A stretch of DNA of 64,000 bases, taken from NCBI RefSeq assembly GCF_009914755.1, contig NC_060943.1; one strand, written 5' to 3'. Position 1 is the first letter of the stretch, and each line of letters begins with the position of its first letter. This stretch comes from the human T2T-CHM13v2.0 reference genome, Homo sapiens. Positions 1-11,290 of this stretch are shown here, piece by piece. The position numbers and the translations under genes are program-made. The notes beneath the pieces are model-generated. The model was given only the letters and a program-made list of their open reading frames with translations. It was not told where the DNA came from and searched no databases.

Positions 1-697
1 TGGGATCGGCTGAGGCACAAGAATCACTCGAACTGGAGTGGGGGAGGTAGCAGTGAGCAGAGATTGTGCCATTGCACTCCAGCCTGGGCAACAGAGTGAG
101 ACCTTGCCTCAAAAAAAAAAAAAAAAAAAAAAAAGGTCGGGTGTGGTGGCTCACGCCTGTAATCCAGCACTTTGGGAGGCCAAGATAGGCAGATCACCTG
201 AGGTCAGGAGTTCGAGACCAGCCTGGCCAACATGGTGAAACCCCGTCTCTACTAAAAATACAAAAATTAGCCGGGGGTGGTGGCGAGCACCTGTAATCCC
301 AGCTACTCAGGAGGCTGAGACAGGAGAATCACTTGAGCCAAGGTTGCACCACTGCATTCCAGCCTGGGCGACAGAGCGAGACTTTGTCTCAAAAAAAAAG
401 AAAAAAGAAAGTTAAAGTTGCTGTTTGATATCATTGTTTTTCTTGAGTGCAGATGGTGATGATAATAAGTTAAACTTATTCATGAACATTTCCTCGATGC
501 TTTAGGACCCCCGGGGGAGGGAGCTGAGATACTCTGTCCTCACCTTACTGATGAGGAAACTAAGCCATAGAAAAGCATCACCTCCTAGGGCACAAGGACA
601 GAGGCTGCCTCTGGGTCATTCAAAGTCTTCTGAAACATCACTTTTCTTGACTGCGCGGCATTGTGTCCACCTGCAAGATGTGGTAGATTTGATGTAA

Positions 698-1279
<582 letters not shown>

Positions 1280-1611
1280 TAAATTTTTGCTACAGCGTAT
1301 CTAGGAGTGTCAGTTCCCTTAGCGCTCACCAGCAGCGGGCAGAGGTCTGTTTCGTCGGGCGTGCTGGGCGTCCTGCCTCCCTTCCATGTCCATGGCAGAT
1401 GTGGAAGTATAATAGCACACTTCCTCTGGAGAGTGGGAGGAAGGAGGGGCAGGGCCCGCGTTCAGGGCTGCTCCTGCCTCACCTCCGAGGTTCCCCAGCC
1501 AGGCATAAGTCACTTGCCTAGACTTGGGGAAGGTCTTCCAGTCAGGATGACTTCTCAAACTCTCAGTCCCAGCGCTGGGCAAGGCTGAGTGGGCTCCATG
1601 TCATCCCCCAG

Positions 1612-1709
1612 ATTCCCAGGACTCCGGCTCTCTCTGCTTCTGTTTCCGGTGGCTGCTCATCTGGTTCAAGAGGGAATTCCCCTTCCCGGATGTCCTTCGG
1701 CTGTGGGAG
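1612..1709 (+). CDS. TBC1D17: TBC1D17 internal coding exon (TBC/Rab-GAP domain, ..SQDSGSLCFCFRWLLIWFKREFPFPDVLRLWE)
   Basis: CCCCAG| acceptor at 1610-1611 and GAG|GTGGGC donor at 1710. The translation has the FRWLLxxFKREF..LRLWE motif typical of TBC domains. Confidence 0.93.
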
Positions 1710-1853
1710 GTGGGCCAGCCAGTTTGGGCGAGAGGCCTGAAGGGGTGGGCTCACCTGCCCTGGGAGGTTGGGCGGAGAGGGACAGACCCTGGTGGGACCT
1801 CAGGCCCAGGCTGGGCTATGACCTCCCTCCCTCCCTCTGTCCCGCACCCTCAG

Positions 1854-1970
1854 GTGCTGTGGACAGGGCTCCCTGGCCCCAATCTGCACCTGCTGGTGGC
1901 CTGCGCCATCCTGGACATGGAGAGGGACACCCTCATGCTGTCCGGCTTCGGCTCCAATGAGATCCTCAAG
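1854..1970 (+). CDS. TBC1D17: TBC1D17 coding exon (VLWTGLPGPNLHLL...SNEILK)
   Basis: CCTCAG| acceptor and AAG|GTGAGG donor; 117 nt, phase 0-0; the peptide is visible inside ORF 1710..2849. Confidence 0.95.
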
Positions 1971-2310
1971 GTGAGGCTCCGGCCCCGCCCCCGCCCTGTC
2001 CCCCCTGAGCTGGGCGCTGCCCAGGGCCGCAGTACCTCCGGGGAGCAGGTGTTTAGTGTGGGATTATTGAAAGCCTGGTTAGTTGGGAGCGCAGTGGGGG
2101 TGGGGCCGCGTAGGTTTCCCTTCTGCCCCATGCCATGCCTGCTCCCAGCAAGGTCCTCCGGGCAGGTGGGTGGGGACCTGCCCTCCCCGAGTACGTGCTC
2201 AGAATGCTCCCGGAGGCCTGAGAAGCATGTCTCGCCCAGCGCACTTCTGAGCCCCCAGAGGGCCAGCCCGGTGTGTCTTCATTGTTTCCCAGCACGAAGC
2301 ACAGAGTGGG

Positions 2311-2366
2311 CGCTCGGGCGGAGGTGGTTGAGTGCCGACTGGCGCCTGACCCACCCCCTCCCGCAG
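2311..2366 (+). ncRNA. MIR4750: pre-miR-4750 (5'-tailed mirtron-type hairpin ending at the 3' splice site)
   Basis: The G-rich arm CTCGGGCGGAGGTGGTTGAGTG can pair with the C-rich arm CCTGACCCACCCCCTCCCGCAG, which ends exactly at the intron's AG. Matches my recollection of miR-4750-5p/3p. Confidence 0.8.
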
Positions 2367-2453
2367 CACATCAACGAGCTGACTATGAAGCTGAGCGTGG
2401 AGGACGTGCTGACCCGCGCCGAGGCCCTGCACCGCCAGCTAACCGCCTGCCCC
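2367..2453 (+). CDS. TBC1D17: TBC1D17 penultimate coding exon (HINELTMKLSVEDVLTRAEALHRQLTACP)
   Basis: CCGCAG| acceptor and CCC|GTGAGT donor; 87 nt, in frame. Confidence 0.95.
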
Positions 2454-2559
2454 GTGAGTCCCCGTCCGCCCCGCAGCGCCCCGCCCGAACCCCGACCGAC
2501 CCCCGCCCCCTTCTCACCTTCACCTTCCGCTTTTCGCTTCTCTCATCCCGTGCCTCCAG

Positions 2560-2760
2560 GAGCTGCCCCACAACGTGCAGGAGATCCTGGGGCTGGCCCC
2601 GCCCGCAGAGCCCCACAGCCCCTCGCCCACCGCCTCCCCGCTGCCTCTGTCGCCCACCCGGGCCCCGCCCACCCCGCCGCCCTCCACGGACACAGCCCCG
2701 CAGCCCGACAGCAGCCTGGAGATCCTGCCCGAGGAGGAGGACGAGGGCGCCGACTCCTAA
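2560..2760 (+). CDS. TBC1D17: TBC1D17 last coding exon, Pro-rich/acidic C-terminus (ELPHNVQ...EEEDEGADS*)
   Basis: Pyrimidine tract plus CCAG| acceptor at 2558-2559; 201 nt to TAA at 2758-2760; matches ORF 2575..2760. Confidence 0.95.
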   Translation, partial: ELPHNVQEILGLAPPAEPHSPSPTASPLPLSPTRAPPTPPPSTDTAPQPDSSLEILPEEEDEGADS

Positions 2761-2861
2761 CCCCGCCAGGCAGCCTCGTTCTGCACAGGCACTTTAGCCC
2801 GAGCCAGGCACACCTGCGAGGGGGCAGGTGTGCTCCGCCGCCCTGCTGATAAGCTGGCTTC

Positions 2862-2867
2862 ATTAAA
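2862..2867 (+). terminator. TBC1D17: TBC1D17 poly(A) signal ATTAAA
   Basis: ATTAAA about 100 nt after the stop, followed by a GT-rich downstream element (TGGCTTCTTGTTGGT). Confidence 0.8.
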
Positions 2868-3804
2868 CTGACACTTCTCATGTGCAGTTGGCTTCTTGTT
2901 GGTGGGGGGAAGGCTGCCAAGTGGGCTCTGACCTGGTTGAGGAGGGGATGGTGGCTGGGCAGAGCCTAGGGTGAATGATTGGGGTTTGTGGAGGCAGGGC
3001 TTCCTGAGTTGCCTGATTTGTTTTTTTGTTTGTTTGTTTTATGAGATGGAGTCTTGCTCTGTCGCCCAGGCTGGAGTGCAGTGGCAGATCTCGGCTAACT
3101 GCAGCCTCCGCCTCCCGGGTTCAAGCAATTACCCTGCCTCAGCCTCCTGAGTAGCTGGGACTACAGGCGTGTGCCACCACACCCGGCTGATTTTTGTAAT
3201 TTTGGTAGAGATGGGGTTCCACCATGTTGCCCAGGCTGGTCTTGAACTCCCGACCTCAGGTGATCTGCCTGCCTTGGCCTCCCAAAGTGCTGGTATTACA
3301 GGCGTGAGCCACCGCGCCCGGCCTGATTTGGGGTTTTTGGAAGAGGATAGGGTGCTCTGGGCTGTGGCGGCGACCTGGTAGCTGTGTGGGAACACTTCCC
3401 GGACATAACCAAGGTGGAAGGGCCTGCAGAGATGCACTCTGGGGAGCCTGCCCTCCCAGCTGCTGCTTGTGAGAAAAATCACCTCCTGTTCAGCCACTGT
3501 CAGCTGGGCTTTCTGTTACTTGCATTAGGGCCCATCTGGACTTCAGCCTCGTGACAGAGGTGGTCGCTGTGATTGCCATTTCCCGGTGGTGCAGGGCGTC
3601 CTTCCGGTTCCCTCTGTGCGCACCACCCCCCACCCTCCTCTGGAGCCCCACTGTCCAGGAAGAAGTGAGGGGCAGATTTTTGGGGGGGCTCCAGGATGGG
3701 CGTGGCGCCTGCTAACTGCAGGGCTAGTGGTTCCGATGCAGGCAAACTGGGGAAGTAACTGAGCCACGGGGGAGGCTGGACCACACGGCTTTTTCCGAAA
3801 ATAC

Positions 3805-3810
3805 TTTAAT
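3805..3810 (-). terminator. IL4I1: IL4I1 poly(A) signal ATTAAA overlapping the stop codon
   Basis: The minus strand reads CAT TAA A. I saw no other canonical hexamer close downstream. Confidence 0.75.
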
Positions 3811-4736
3811 GCGAGGTCCTCGTGTGGGTCGTGTTTTGGAGAGATAACTGGCCTTGGACTGGAGGGTGGCTGCCTTCTTCCTTTGCCAGGTCATGCGAGG
3901 GGCTGCTGGCCACCCCATGCACATGCCCCTGCCCCTCCATGTCAGATGCGTGCCCCTCGGGGCTGGCCGTGTCCGATGCAGGCCCCTTCCGGCTGTTGAT
4001 CTTGATGGCGGCGCGCAGCGCCGACTTGACCGCCGTCTCCACCCAGCCGTGCGGGTAGGCGGTGTGCTCGCCGGCAAAGTAGATGCGGCCATAAGGGACC
4101 GTCCAGTCATCCTTTTCGGTTTGCCAGAGCGCCGGCGGCTGTACCACAAAGCCACCCTGGCTGTGCTGGTCCTCCGCCCAACGCTTGACGACGCCGGTGC
4201 CGTCCCAGAGCTGGCGCACGACAGGCCCGTGCAATGCCGCCACGTCGTCGAGCGCCAAGCGCAACGCCTCTTCCCGGCTCAAGCCGGCGAACGCTGCCGC
4301 CGCGTCCGACCACGTGTACGAGGCCAGCAGCAGCGCGCCCTCGCGCGGCGGCGGGTAGAAAATCATGCGCGACGGGCGATCGGTGTTTGAGTGGCCGCCT
4401 TCAATGTGCTCCTCGCGCCAGAAGGGCCTGCGGAAGCTTAGGAACACCTTGGTGGCCGGCACGTAGTGCAGCCTCCGCAGCGCCTCCTGCATGTGGCGGG
4501 GCAGCGGCGGCGAGAAGGTGATGCGCTTCACCGCCGGTCCGCTCGCCGTCAGCAGCACCACGTCGGCCTTCAGCACCTTCAGATTCCGCGCCGGGGGAGA
4601 GGTCTCGATCTGCACGTGCACATCGTGCGGTCCCTGGGTCATCGCCACCACGGGCGCGTTCAACAGCACAAGCCCGGACAGCGAGCTCAGCAGCGCGCGC
4701 GGCAGCAGGTCCCAGCCACCCACGATGCGGCTGTAC
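3806..4736 (-). CDS. IL4I1: IL4I1 exon 8 (last exon), C-terminal part of the L-amino-acid oxidase
   Basis: GCAG| acceptor at 4738-4737; [12 protein letters not shown]...[22 protein letters not shown] (flavin amine oxidase motifs)...TRTSH*; ORF 3806..4855. Confidence 0.97.
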
Positions 4737-5106
4737 CTGCAGGCGGGGCGGGGCGGGGTGGGGGCGTGACCTGGGCTCTGCGGCCCTGCCCCTCTGCCTT
4801 GCCCCACCCACCCCGGCAGCTGGCCCTTATGGGCACCGGCCCGCTCCCCCGTCATCCACCTCTCCCGACCCCGCCCGTCCCTGACATCCCAAAGGCCGCA
4901 GGAGTAGTGGATTGTGTCACCAGGGACCCCACCACTTCTCCCCTAGGCCGTGTCCTTTATCTGGGAACCCTTAGCCCCGCGACCATCAATTAGGCCACGC
5001 CCTTCACAACAGCCCCGCCCCCAGACCCAGAGGCTCCTCCCACTCCCTGCTACTTTCCCTGATTGCCCCCCGCCCCCCCCCCCCGCCCGCCAGCCCCGCC
5101 CCTTAC

Positions 5107-5243
5107 TGGAGTCTGTCGCTGAGGCAGCTGTGGGCCCGGAGGGCCTCGGCGAAGCTGAGATAGAAGAAGCCATCCTCGGACATCACGTCTCCCAGAAGCT
5201 GCACGGCCGGCCGGCTCAGGTTCCCCTCCCCGAGAAGATATTC
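5107..5243 (-). CDS. IL4I1: IL4I1 exon 7 ([45 protein letters not shown])
   Basis: CTGCAG| acceptor and CA|GTAAGG donor; 137 nt; phase matches exon 8. Confidence 0.95.
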
Positions 5244-5540
5244 CTGCAGGTTGGGCACAGGCCGAGGTTAGGGCCCAGGCAGGCTGCACCCCTGAGAGAG
5301 CCCCTCCGCAGCTGGGCCTCCTGGTCCCATGACATGTCCTTGGACCGTAGGATCCTGTCCCCACTCTCTGACAGATGAGGGAAACGGAGGTCCAGACAGG
5401 GGGCGTGTCCAGCCCCCGGGTCAGGCAGGAAGGCGGTGGCAGGACTAGGGTGCCAGGTACCCGCCTTCTGACTCTCTGGGGAAGGCCTCATGGTCACTCT
5501 CTTTGCCCTGCATCTCAGCAGAACCAAGATCCCCACTTAC

Positions 5541-5609
5541 CAAGAGCGTGTGCCTTTCAAACTTCTTCATCGCCTTTCTGCAGCCCAGTGCCTTGAGGTC
5601 TTTGAGGGC
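5541..5609 (-). CDS. IL4I1: IL4I1 exon 6 ([23 protein letters not shown])
   Basis: CAACAG| acceptor and TTG|GTAAGT donor; 69 nt. Confidence 0.95.
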
Positions 5610-6213
5610 CTGTTGTGGAAGAAGCAGACATGGTGCTGAGCTGCCCGGGCAGCCAGGGTGGAGGCCGGGCCTGGAGCCCACACTCGGCTTCTCCTCGTGG
5701 TTCTGCCCACGGCTGGCCATTCACCACTCTCAAGCCCCTGGGCTTTTGCCCACACCATGCCCTCCGCCTTGCCCTCCACGGCAACTCAGATGCCACTGCT
5801 CCTCCGATATTACCGAACTGTTAACGCCGCCCATCCCCCCTCATTCGGCTGGCCCGGCTGGTCACAGCTCATCCCGGTTGCGTGTTATTTTGCCTATTTT
5901 TCAGCCAGCCAGCCAGACTGTGAGCTCCATGGAGGCAGGGATGTGGGCAGCTGGAGAGGAGACTGGGAGAGGGTCCCAGGCGTGCTGTGTCCTCCCGGGG
6001 GCTCAGTGATTATTTGTTGCCTGAATCACTGTGGCCACGGACAGAAGCTGGTCCCCTGTGCCACTGGTCAGTGCTGACAGGGCATGATGGCTGAGAAGTT
6101 TATCTACCGTCCGTCCCCTGCCCACAGCCCTCCTGTAGCTCCCCAGTGCCTGGAGCCACAGAATTCTTGCCCCTCAGCCTCATGTTCAAGGCCCCTGCTA
6201 GCCCCTCAATGTC

Positions 6214-6635
<422 letters not shown>

Positions 6636-7842
6636 TGAACAGTGTACAGTGCCCAGACCACCTGCCCTCAGGGCTCTCCCACCTACACATCTGGCACCTA
6701 TTGTTTCCCTGCCTGTCTTTGCGTGGCACATGAGTGCGTGTTCTTCAGCACTTTGTTCGAATCTCACCCCCTCCCAGAAGCCTTGCTGCCCCCATCTAAT
6801 TTCAGCCTTCTTCTTGGTCCACCTGGCTTCCCCCTTCTGGCCAGGACCTCAGAGGGAAGGCAGTGCCCCTTCACTCACTCATGCATCTCGCATCTCTCAG
6901 ACTCCCAAACCAGTCAGTGTCAAGGCATAGAAATGACCTGGACATGGCCCCCATCCTGGTCTAGAAGGGGAGATGGGCAAGTGGGCTCTGACCTGGGTGG
7001 GGAGGGGATGTTGGGTGTGGCCAGTTCCTCCCTAAAGGTATCAGGGAAGGCTTCCTGGAGGAGGGGACATTGGAGCTAGTTCTTGAGGGCTGAGCAGGAG
7101 TTCCTGTGTGGGGAAGGGAAAGGCATTCTGGAAAGGGAGGGCGATACACAGGTATAGTGGGTGTGAGGAACACAGAGCTGGGGGCATGTGGACCACCATG
7201 AGGACAAAAATTTCTTAGAGGAGAAAAGAGCATGAGGCTGGAGGGGTGCAGAAGGGAAGGCCAGTCAGGGCTCAAAGCTGAGCCTGAAAAGATCAGACTT
7301 TGTCCTGGAGGCAGCGGGGAGCCACTGGGGGCTGTGAGCAGCATCACTCTGGGTGTGTGGGAAGACGTTTCTGGTACCAGGCTGGGGAGACTAGAGCCTG
7401 GGCAGCTTGAGAGGAGGCTGGGGGAGGGTCCAGGGCAGAGGAGGAGGCCTGAGCTGGGGCAGGCAGAGGGGAGCAGGGCACAAGCGTCAGGCGGCAGGGG
7501 TGGGCACTGATGGTGGGGGAGGTGGGCGAGGAGGAGGTCAGGAGGAGGATGGCTCCTAGGGGTCTGCCCGTGACTGCGGGATGGTGGGGCCATCGTGAGA
7601 TGGGGGCACCGGGAGGAGGAACAGGTTTAGGGGAAGCTTCTGAGCCCAGTGTCCTGGGGAGGGACACAGATCAGGGTCTCGGGAGGCAGATGTCTCCATC
7701 AGCCCATGGATCTATGTTTAAGCCAGAGGTGGAGACTGGGGAGGTTATCCAGGACAGTGTGTGGGTGAAAGGGGAAGAGGCCAAAAGCTGATGCAGCTTT
7801 GGGGTCAGCAGTGTTTACGGGGAAGCTAAAGAAGGGAGTTGG

Positions 7843-8147
7843 GGCCGGGGGCAGTGGCTCACGCCTGTAATCCCAGCACTTTGGGAGGCTGAGGCAGGTG
7901 GATCACGAGGTCAGGAGTTCAAGATCAGCCTGGCCAAGATGGTGAAACCCCGTCTCTATTAAAAATACAAAAATTAGCTGGGCGTGGTGGCGGGCGCCTG
8001 TAATCCCAGCTACTCGGGAGGCTGAGGCAGAGAATTGCTTGAACCTGGGAGGCGGAGGTTGCAGTGAGCTGAAATGGCGCCATTGCACTCCAGCCTGGGT
8101 GACAGAGTAAGACTCCATCTCAAAAAAAAAAAAAAAAAAAAAAAAAA
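7843..8147 (+). mobile_element. Full-length AluS with TSD AAAGAAGGGAGTTG
   Basis: GGCCGGG start and A tail; the TSD is at 7828-7841 and again directly after the tail. Confidence 0.92.
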
Positions 8148-8150
8148 GAA

Positions 8151-8298
8151 GGGAGTTGAGAGATGACCCATATGTGTAGAAGCCCCTGGGCTGGCCCATT
8201 CTCATTCTCGGATTTCAGTGAGTAGGTCAGTGGTTAGACCTCATGGCACACATCCCCTTGGTAGAATTTCCATCTCCACCAACAGGCGCCCCACCCCA
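8151..8298. repeat. 148-bp direct repeat, copy A (IL4I1 intron 5)
   Basis: Aligns without gaps to 9548-9695 with 7 mismatches by manual count. Confidence 0.95.
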
Positions 8299-8403
8299 TG
8301 GAGGGGACTGAAGGGATGCCAGAGAGAAGAAAAGCCGGGCCGGGGCGAGCTTAGGAGGAGGACAGAGAAGTCAGGGCGGGAGGAGGGTGCAGGCGGTACC
8401 CAC

Positions 8404-8605
8404 CTGGTTGAGAGCCATCTGGTAGATGTCTTCGGGCGAGTGGCCCTTTTCCTGGGGACGCAAGGCGTAGCCCAGCTTCTCGGGCACCTTCTCCACCACA
8501 TAGTTGCGCAGCTTCACTTCGTGCACCTCCGTCCACGTGTTCTTGTCGTACTGGGTGAACTTGGTCAGGTTGAGCCCCAGGCCCTGGCAGAGCTTGTGGA
8601 GGATC
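8404..8605 (-). CDS. IL4I1: IL4I1 exon 5 ([24 protein letters not shown]...DIYQMALNQ)
   Basis: GATCAG| acceptor and CAG|GTGGGT donor; 202 nt; phases consistent. Confidence 0.95.
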
Positions 8606-9203
8606 CTGATCAGGGGAGTGGGTGAGTGAGGGCCGGGCTCCAGTGGGGGTGGCCTGGTCCCTAGTGGGACTTGGAGAAGAGGGGTGGGAGGGGAGAGTAG
8701 CTGGGGACCAGCATGAGGCTGGGGGTGGGGCTAGATTTGGGGTAATCAATGCTGGGGGATGGGAATGAAATGGGGACAAGGCTGGAGGCCTCAGGGCAGT
8801 ACCAGGATTAGGATTGGGTTAAGAGTGGGATAGAGCCCAGATTAGAATTGGGAAGGGGGACAGAGTTTGGGTTGGACGGGGGTTTGAGATGAAGAAGGGG
8901 CCTGGGGCTGGGGTGCCTGAGGGTGTGGGGATGGTGGAGCTGCAGGCCTGGAGGGGCCAGCACAGGAGCTGGCTTTTGCACCAGGCAGGGCCAGCTGGAG
9001 GTCTGGTTGGACCAGGTGGCCCGAGTGTTGCCAGAGGCCCAGGGCTGGCGCTGGAGGCAAGACTGAGGTGAGGATTAGGCGAAGGATGGGGTTGGAGGCT
9101 GGGTTTGGGAGTCAGAGTGGAAGTTCGGGCCCACTCTGGTGTGGGCATGGAGCTGGGGGGCTAGTTGAGTCTAGGCACACAGGTGGGTGGGTTGCTAGGT
9201 CAC

Positions 9204-9316
9204 CTGTGAGAGCTGGGCATGCGCATGGCTCCCAGCTCCCCAATCCAGCCCGTGTTCTGGTCCCGGTAGGTGAAGATGCGGCCCCCGATCCTGTTATCTG
9301 CCTCCAGGATGGTGAC
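9204..9316 (-). CDS. IL4I1: IL4I1 exon 4 ([38 protein letters not shown])
   Basis: CCTCAG| acceptor and CAG|GTGACC donor; contains the GG motif (RIGGR) of flavin amine oxidases. Confidence 0.96.
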
Positions 9317-9547
9317 CTGAGGGAGTCCGTGGGGCGAGGAGGGCCCTTCAGCTCCACCCACTGACCATCCCCTGCCCTCTACCACCCCGTGCCAGCCCCC
9401 TGCCTTCTTCCATCCCCACAGTGGCCCAGACCCAGACTAGGAGAGGGTCCCCTTCTGTATGGGAGGTGGGGGAACAGAACTGAGTGAGCAGTTCCAGACT
9501 GCAGGAGGAAGGCTGCCAGCTAGACTGCAAAGGGACTTCCCAGCTCG

Positions 9548-9695
9548 GGGAGTTCGGAGATGACCCATATGCGTAGAAGCCCCTGGGCTGGCCCATTCTC
9601 ATTCTCGGATTGCAGTGAGTAGGTCAGTGGTTAGACCTCAGGGCACACATCCCCTTGGTAGAGTTTCCCTCTCCACCAACAGGCGCCCCACCCCA
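9548..9695. repeat. 148-bp direct repeat, copy B (IL4I1 intron 3)
   Basis: About 95% identical to 8151-8298. Also visible as the twin ORF starts [10 protein letters not shown] in the ORF track. Confidence 0.95.
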
Positions 9696-9951
9696 GGACA
9701 GAGGAGCTTTGAGCCAGTGAGACTTCCCTCTGGGATGAAAAACGTGGGACAGGAAAGTCTGGGGCCTCTCAGTGGAGACATGTGACAGCAGGGGGCTTGG
9801 GCCTCACCCCCAGACTACGGGGAAAGATAGCCTCTCCCCCCACATCCCCACCTCCACCCCCTCAAGGAGGAACGCGGCCGTGTCCCTGTGCCCAGGGACT
9901 CCAGCCTGCAGCAGGAGGGACTCCAGGTAGACTGCAAGCAGTGCTTCCCAC

Positions 9952-10190
9952 CTTGTGTCCAGCATCGCTGAGCACCTTGGCGGCCACCAGCCCGGCCACA
10001 CCAGCGCCAACCACAATCACCCTCTGGGGCTTCAGGGTCCGATTGAGCCCCCAGGTCACCACCTTGAGCAGCTGCTCATAGTCAGGATCCTGCATGCATT
10101 TCTCGAAGGGGTCTTGGCTGCGTTCAGCCTTCCAGTCCTGGGAGGCCACCAGGCTGAGGAGGATGGGGACGAGGACGAGGAGGTGCAGGG
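9952..10190 (-). CDS. IL4I1: IL4I1 exon 3 (signal-peptide core [16 protein letters not shown] and FAD-binding GAGVAG)
   Basis: CCCAG| acceptor and AAG|GTGGGA donor; 239 nt; Rossmann GxGxxG motif. Confidence 0.96.
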
Positions 10191-10285
10191 CTGGGAGGAG
10201 GAGGACAGGGTCAACGGGGTTGTGGCAGGTCGGGGGAGAGGGGTTCTACTCACTTGTTCCAGAGCCCCCTCCCCTGCTTACTCAC

Positions 10286-10298
10286 CCAATGGGGCCAT
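10286..10298 (-). CDS. IL4I1: IL4I1 exon 2, coding part (ATG GCC CCA TTG G; whole exon 10286-10320)
   Basis: ATG at 10298 and G|GTGAGT donor. The seven coding exons sum to 1704 nt = 567 aa + stop. Confidence 0.93.
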
Positions 10299-10972
10299 GA
10301 CTCTCGGTGGGAGATGGTGTCTGGGGTGGAGGAGAAGGGAGGGCTGTTGTGACTGAGGCCTGTGACCACTGTAGCCTGACTCTGTCTCCCATGGGCTGCC
10401 CAGCTGCTAGAGCCGGCCCTCCCCCAGTCACTGTCCTGCTCTCTGGACCTGTGTCCCCTAACCCCATTCCTTCAGAGTCCCCTGGACCGTCCCTGCCTCC
10501 CTCCTCACCGGTCTCCACCTCTGCCACAGCTCTCTCGGGTTCCTGTCTCTTTCTCTTCTTTTCCCTCTTTCTTTCCTTTCTTTCTTTTTTTTTTAACAGT
10601 CTTTCTCTGCCATCCAGGCTGGAGTGCAGTGGTAAGATCTTGGCTCACTGCAACCTCCGCCTCCCAGGTTCAAGAATCCTCCCACTTCAGCCTCCCAAGT
10701 AACTGGGATTACAGACACCCATAACCAAACCTGGCTAATTTTTGTATTTTTAGTAGAGACGGGGTTTCGCCATGTTGGCCAGGCTGGTCTCGAACTCCTG
10801 ACCTTAGGTGATCCACCCACCTCGGCCTCCCAAAGTGCTGGGATTCCAGGCATGAGCCCCCGCGCCCGGCCTCTTTTCCCTCTTCCTCATCTCCCCAGCT
10901 CCTGACTGCTTCTCAGTCCCTATTTCTGTGGGTCCTGTCTCTCTGTCCCCCCACCACTGGCCGTGTCACTAC

Positions 10973-11030
10973 CTCCAGCTCTTGGTGACAGCAGGACAGC
11001 GCGGTCCTCTCCACTGCCCTCCACTGTCTC
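10973..11030 (-). other. IL4I1: IL4I1 short-isoform non-coding exon 1 (5' end approximate)
   Basis: GAG|GTAGTG donor at 10972; a TTTAA element and GC box lie 25-45 bp upstream; matches my recollection of the mRNA leader. Confidence 0.7.
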
Positions 11031-11049
11031 TGCTGTGGCCCTTTCTCTC

Positions 11050-11290
11050 CCCTTAAACTGGCAGAGCCCCGCCCACCCCTCCTTTTGGGAAACTGGCCGA
11101 GGGAAATGAAACTGGTTTCCTGGAGCTGCTCTGGTCCAATGCTCAGAGTCTAGTTGAGGTTGGAGAAAGGGGGTTGGAGGAAGTTAATCAGTCTATTCAC
11201 TTCCTTTTGCCCCAGATAGTTCTGGGGTGGTTTGGAGGCCAGAAATAGATGCTCAGGTAACCGTGCCAACAACGGGGAATCCCCTTCGGT
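11050..11290 (-). promoter_or_regulatory. IL4I1: IL4I1 proximal (immune-cell) promoter
   Basis: TTTAA 11053-11057, GC box 11066-11074, GGAAATGAAACT (Ets-IRF/ISRE-like) 11102-11113, GAGGAAGT 11177-11184, CACTTCCTTTT 11198-11208, and kB site GGGGAATCCCC 11274-11284. Confidence 0.75.

Noticed and set aside
1710-2849. 379-aa ORF as a separate gene
   Set aside because: It is TBC1D17 exons read through stop-free introns from a GTG that is really a splice donor; kept only as an intron-retention finding.
3724-4993. Many overlapping ORFs on both strands over IL4I1 exon 8
   Set aside because: Expected in very GC-rich coding DNA; Arg/Pro/Ala-rich with no recognisable domains.
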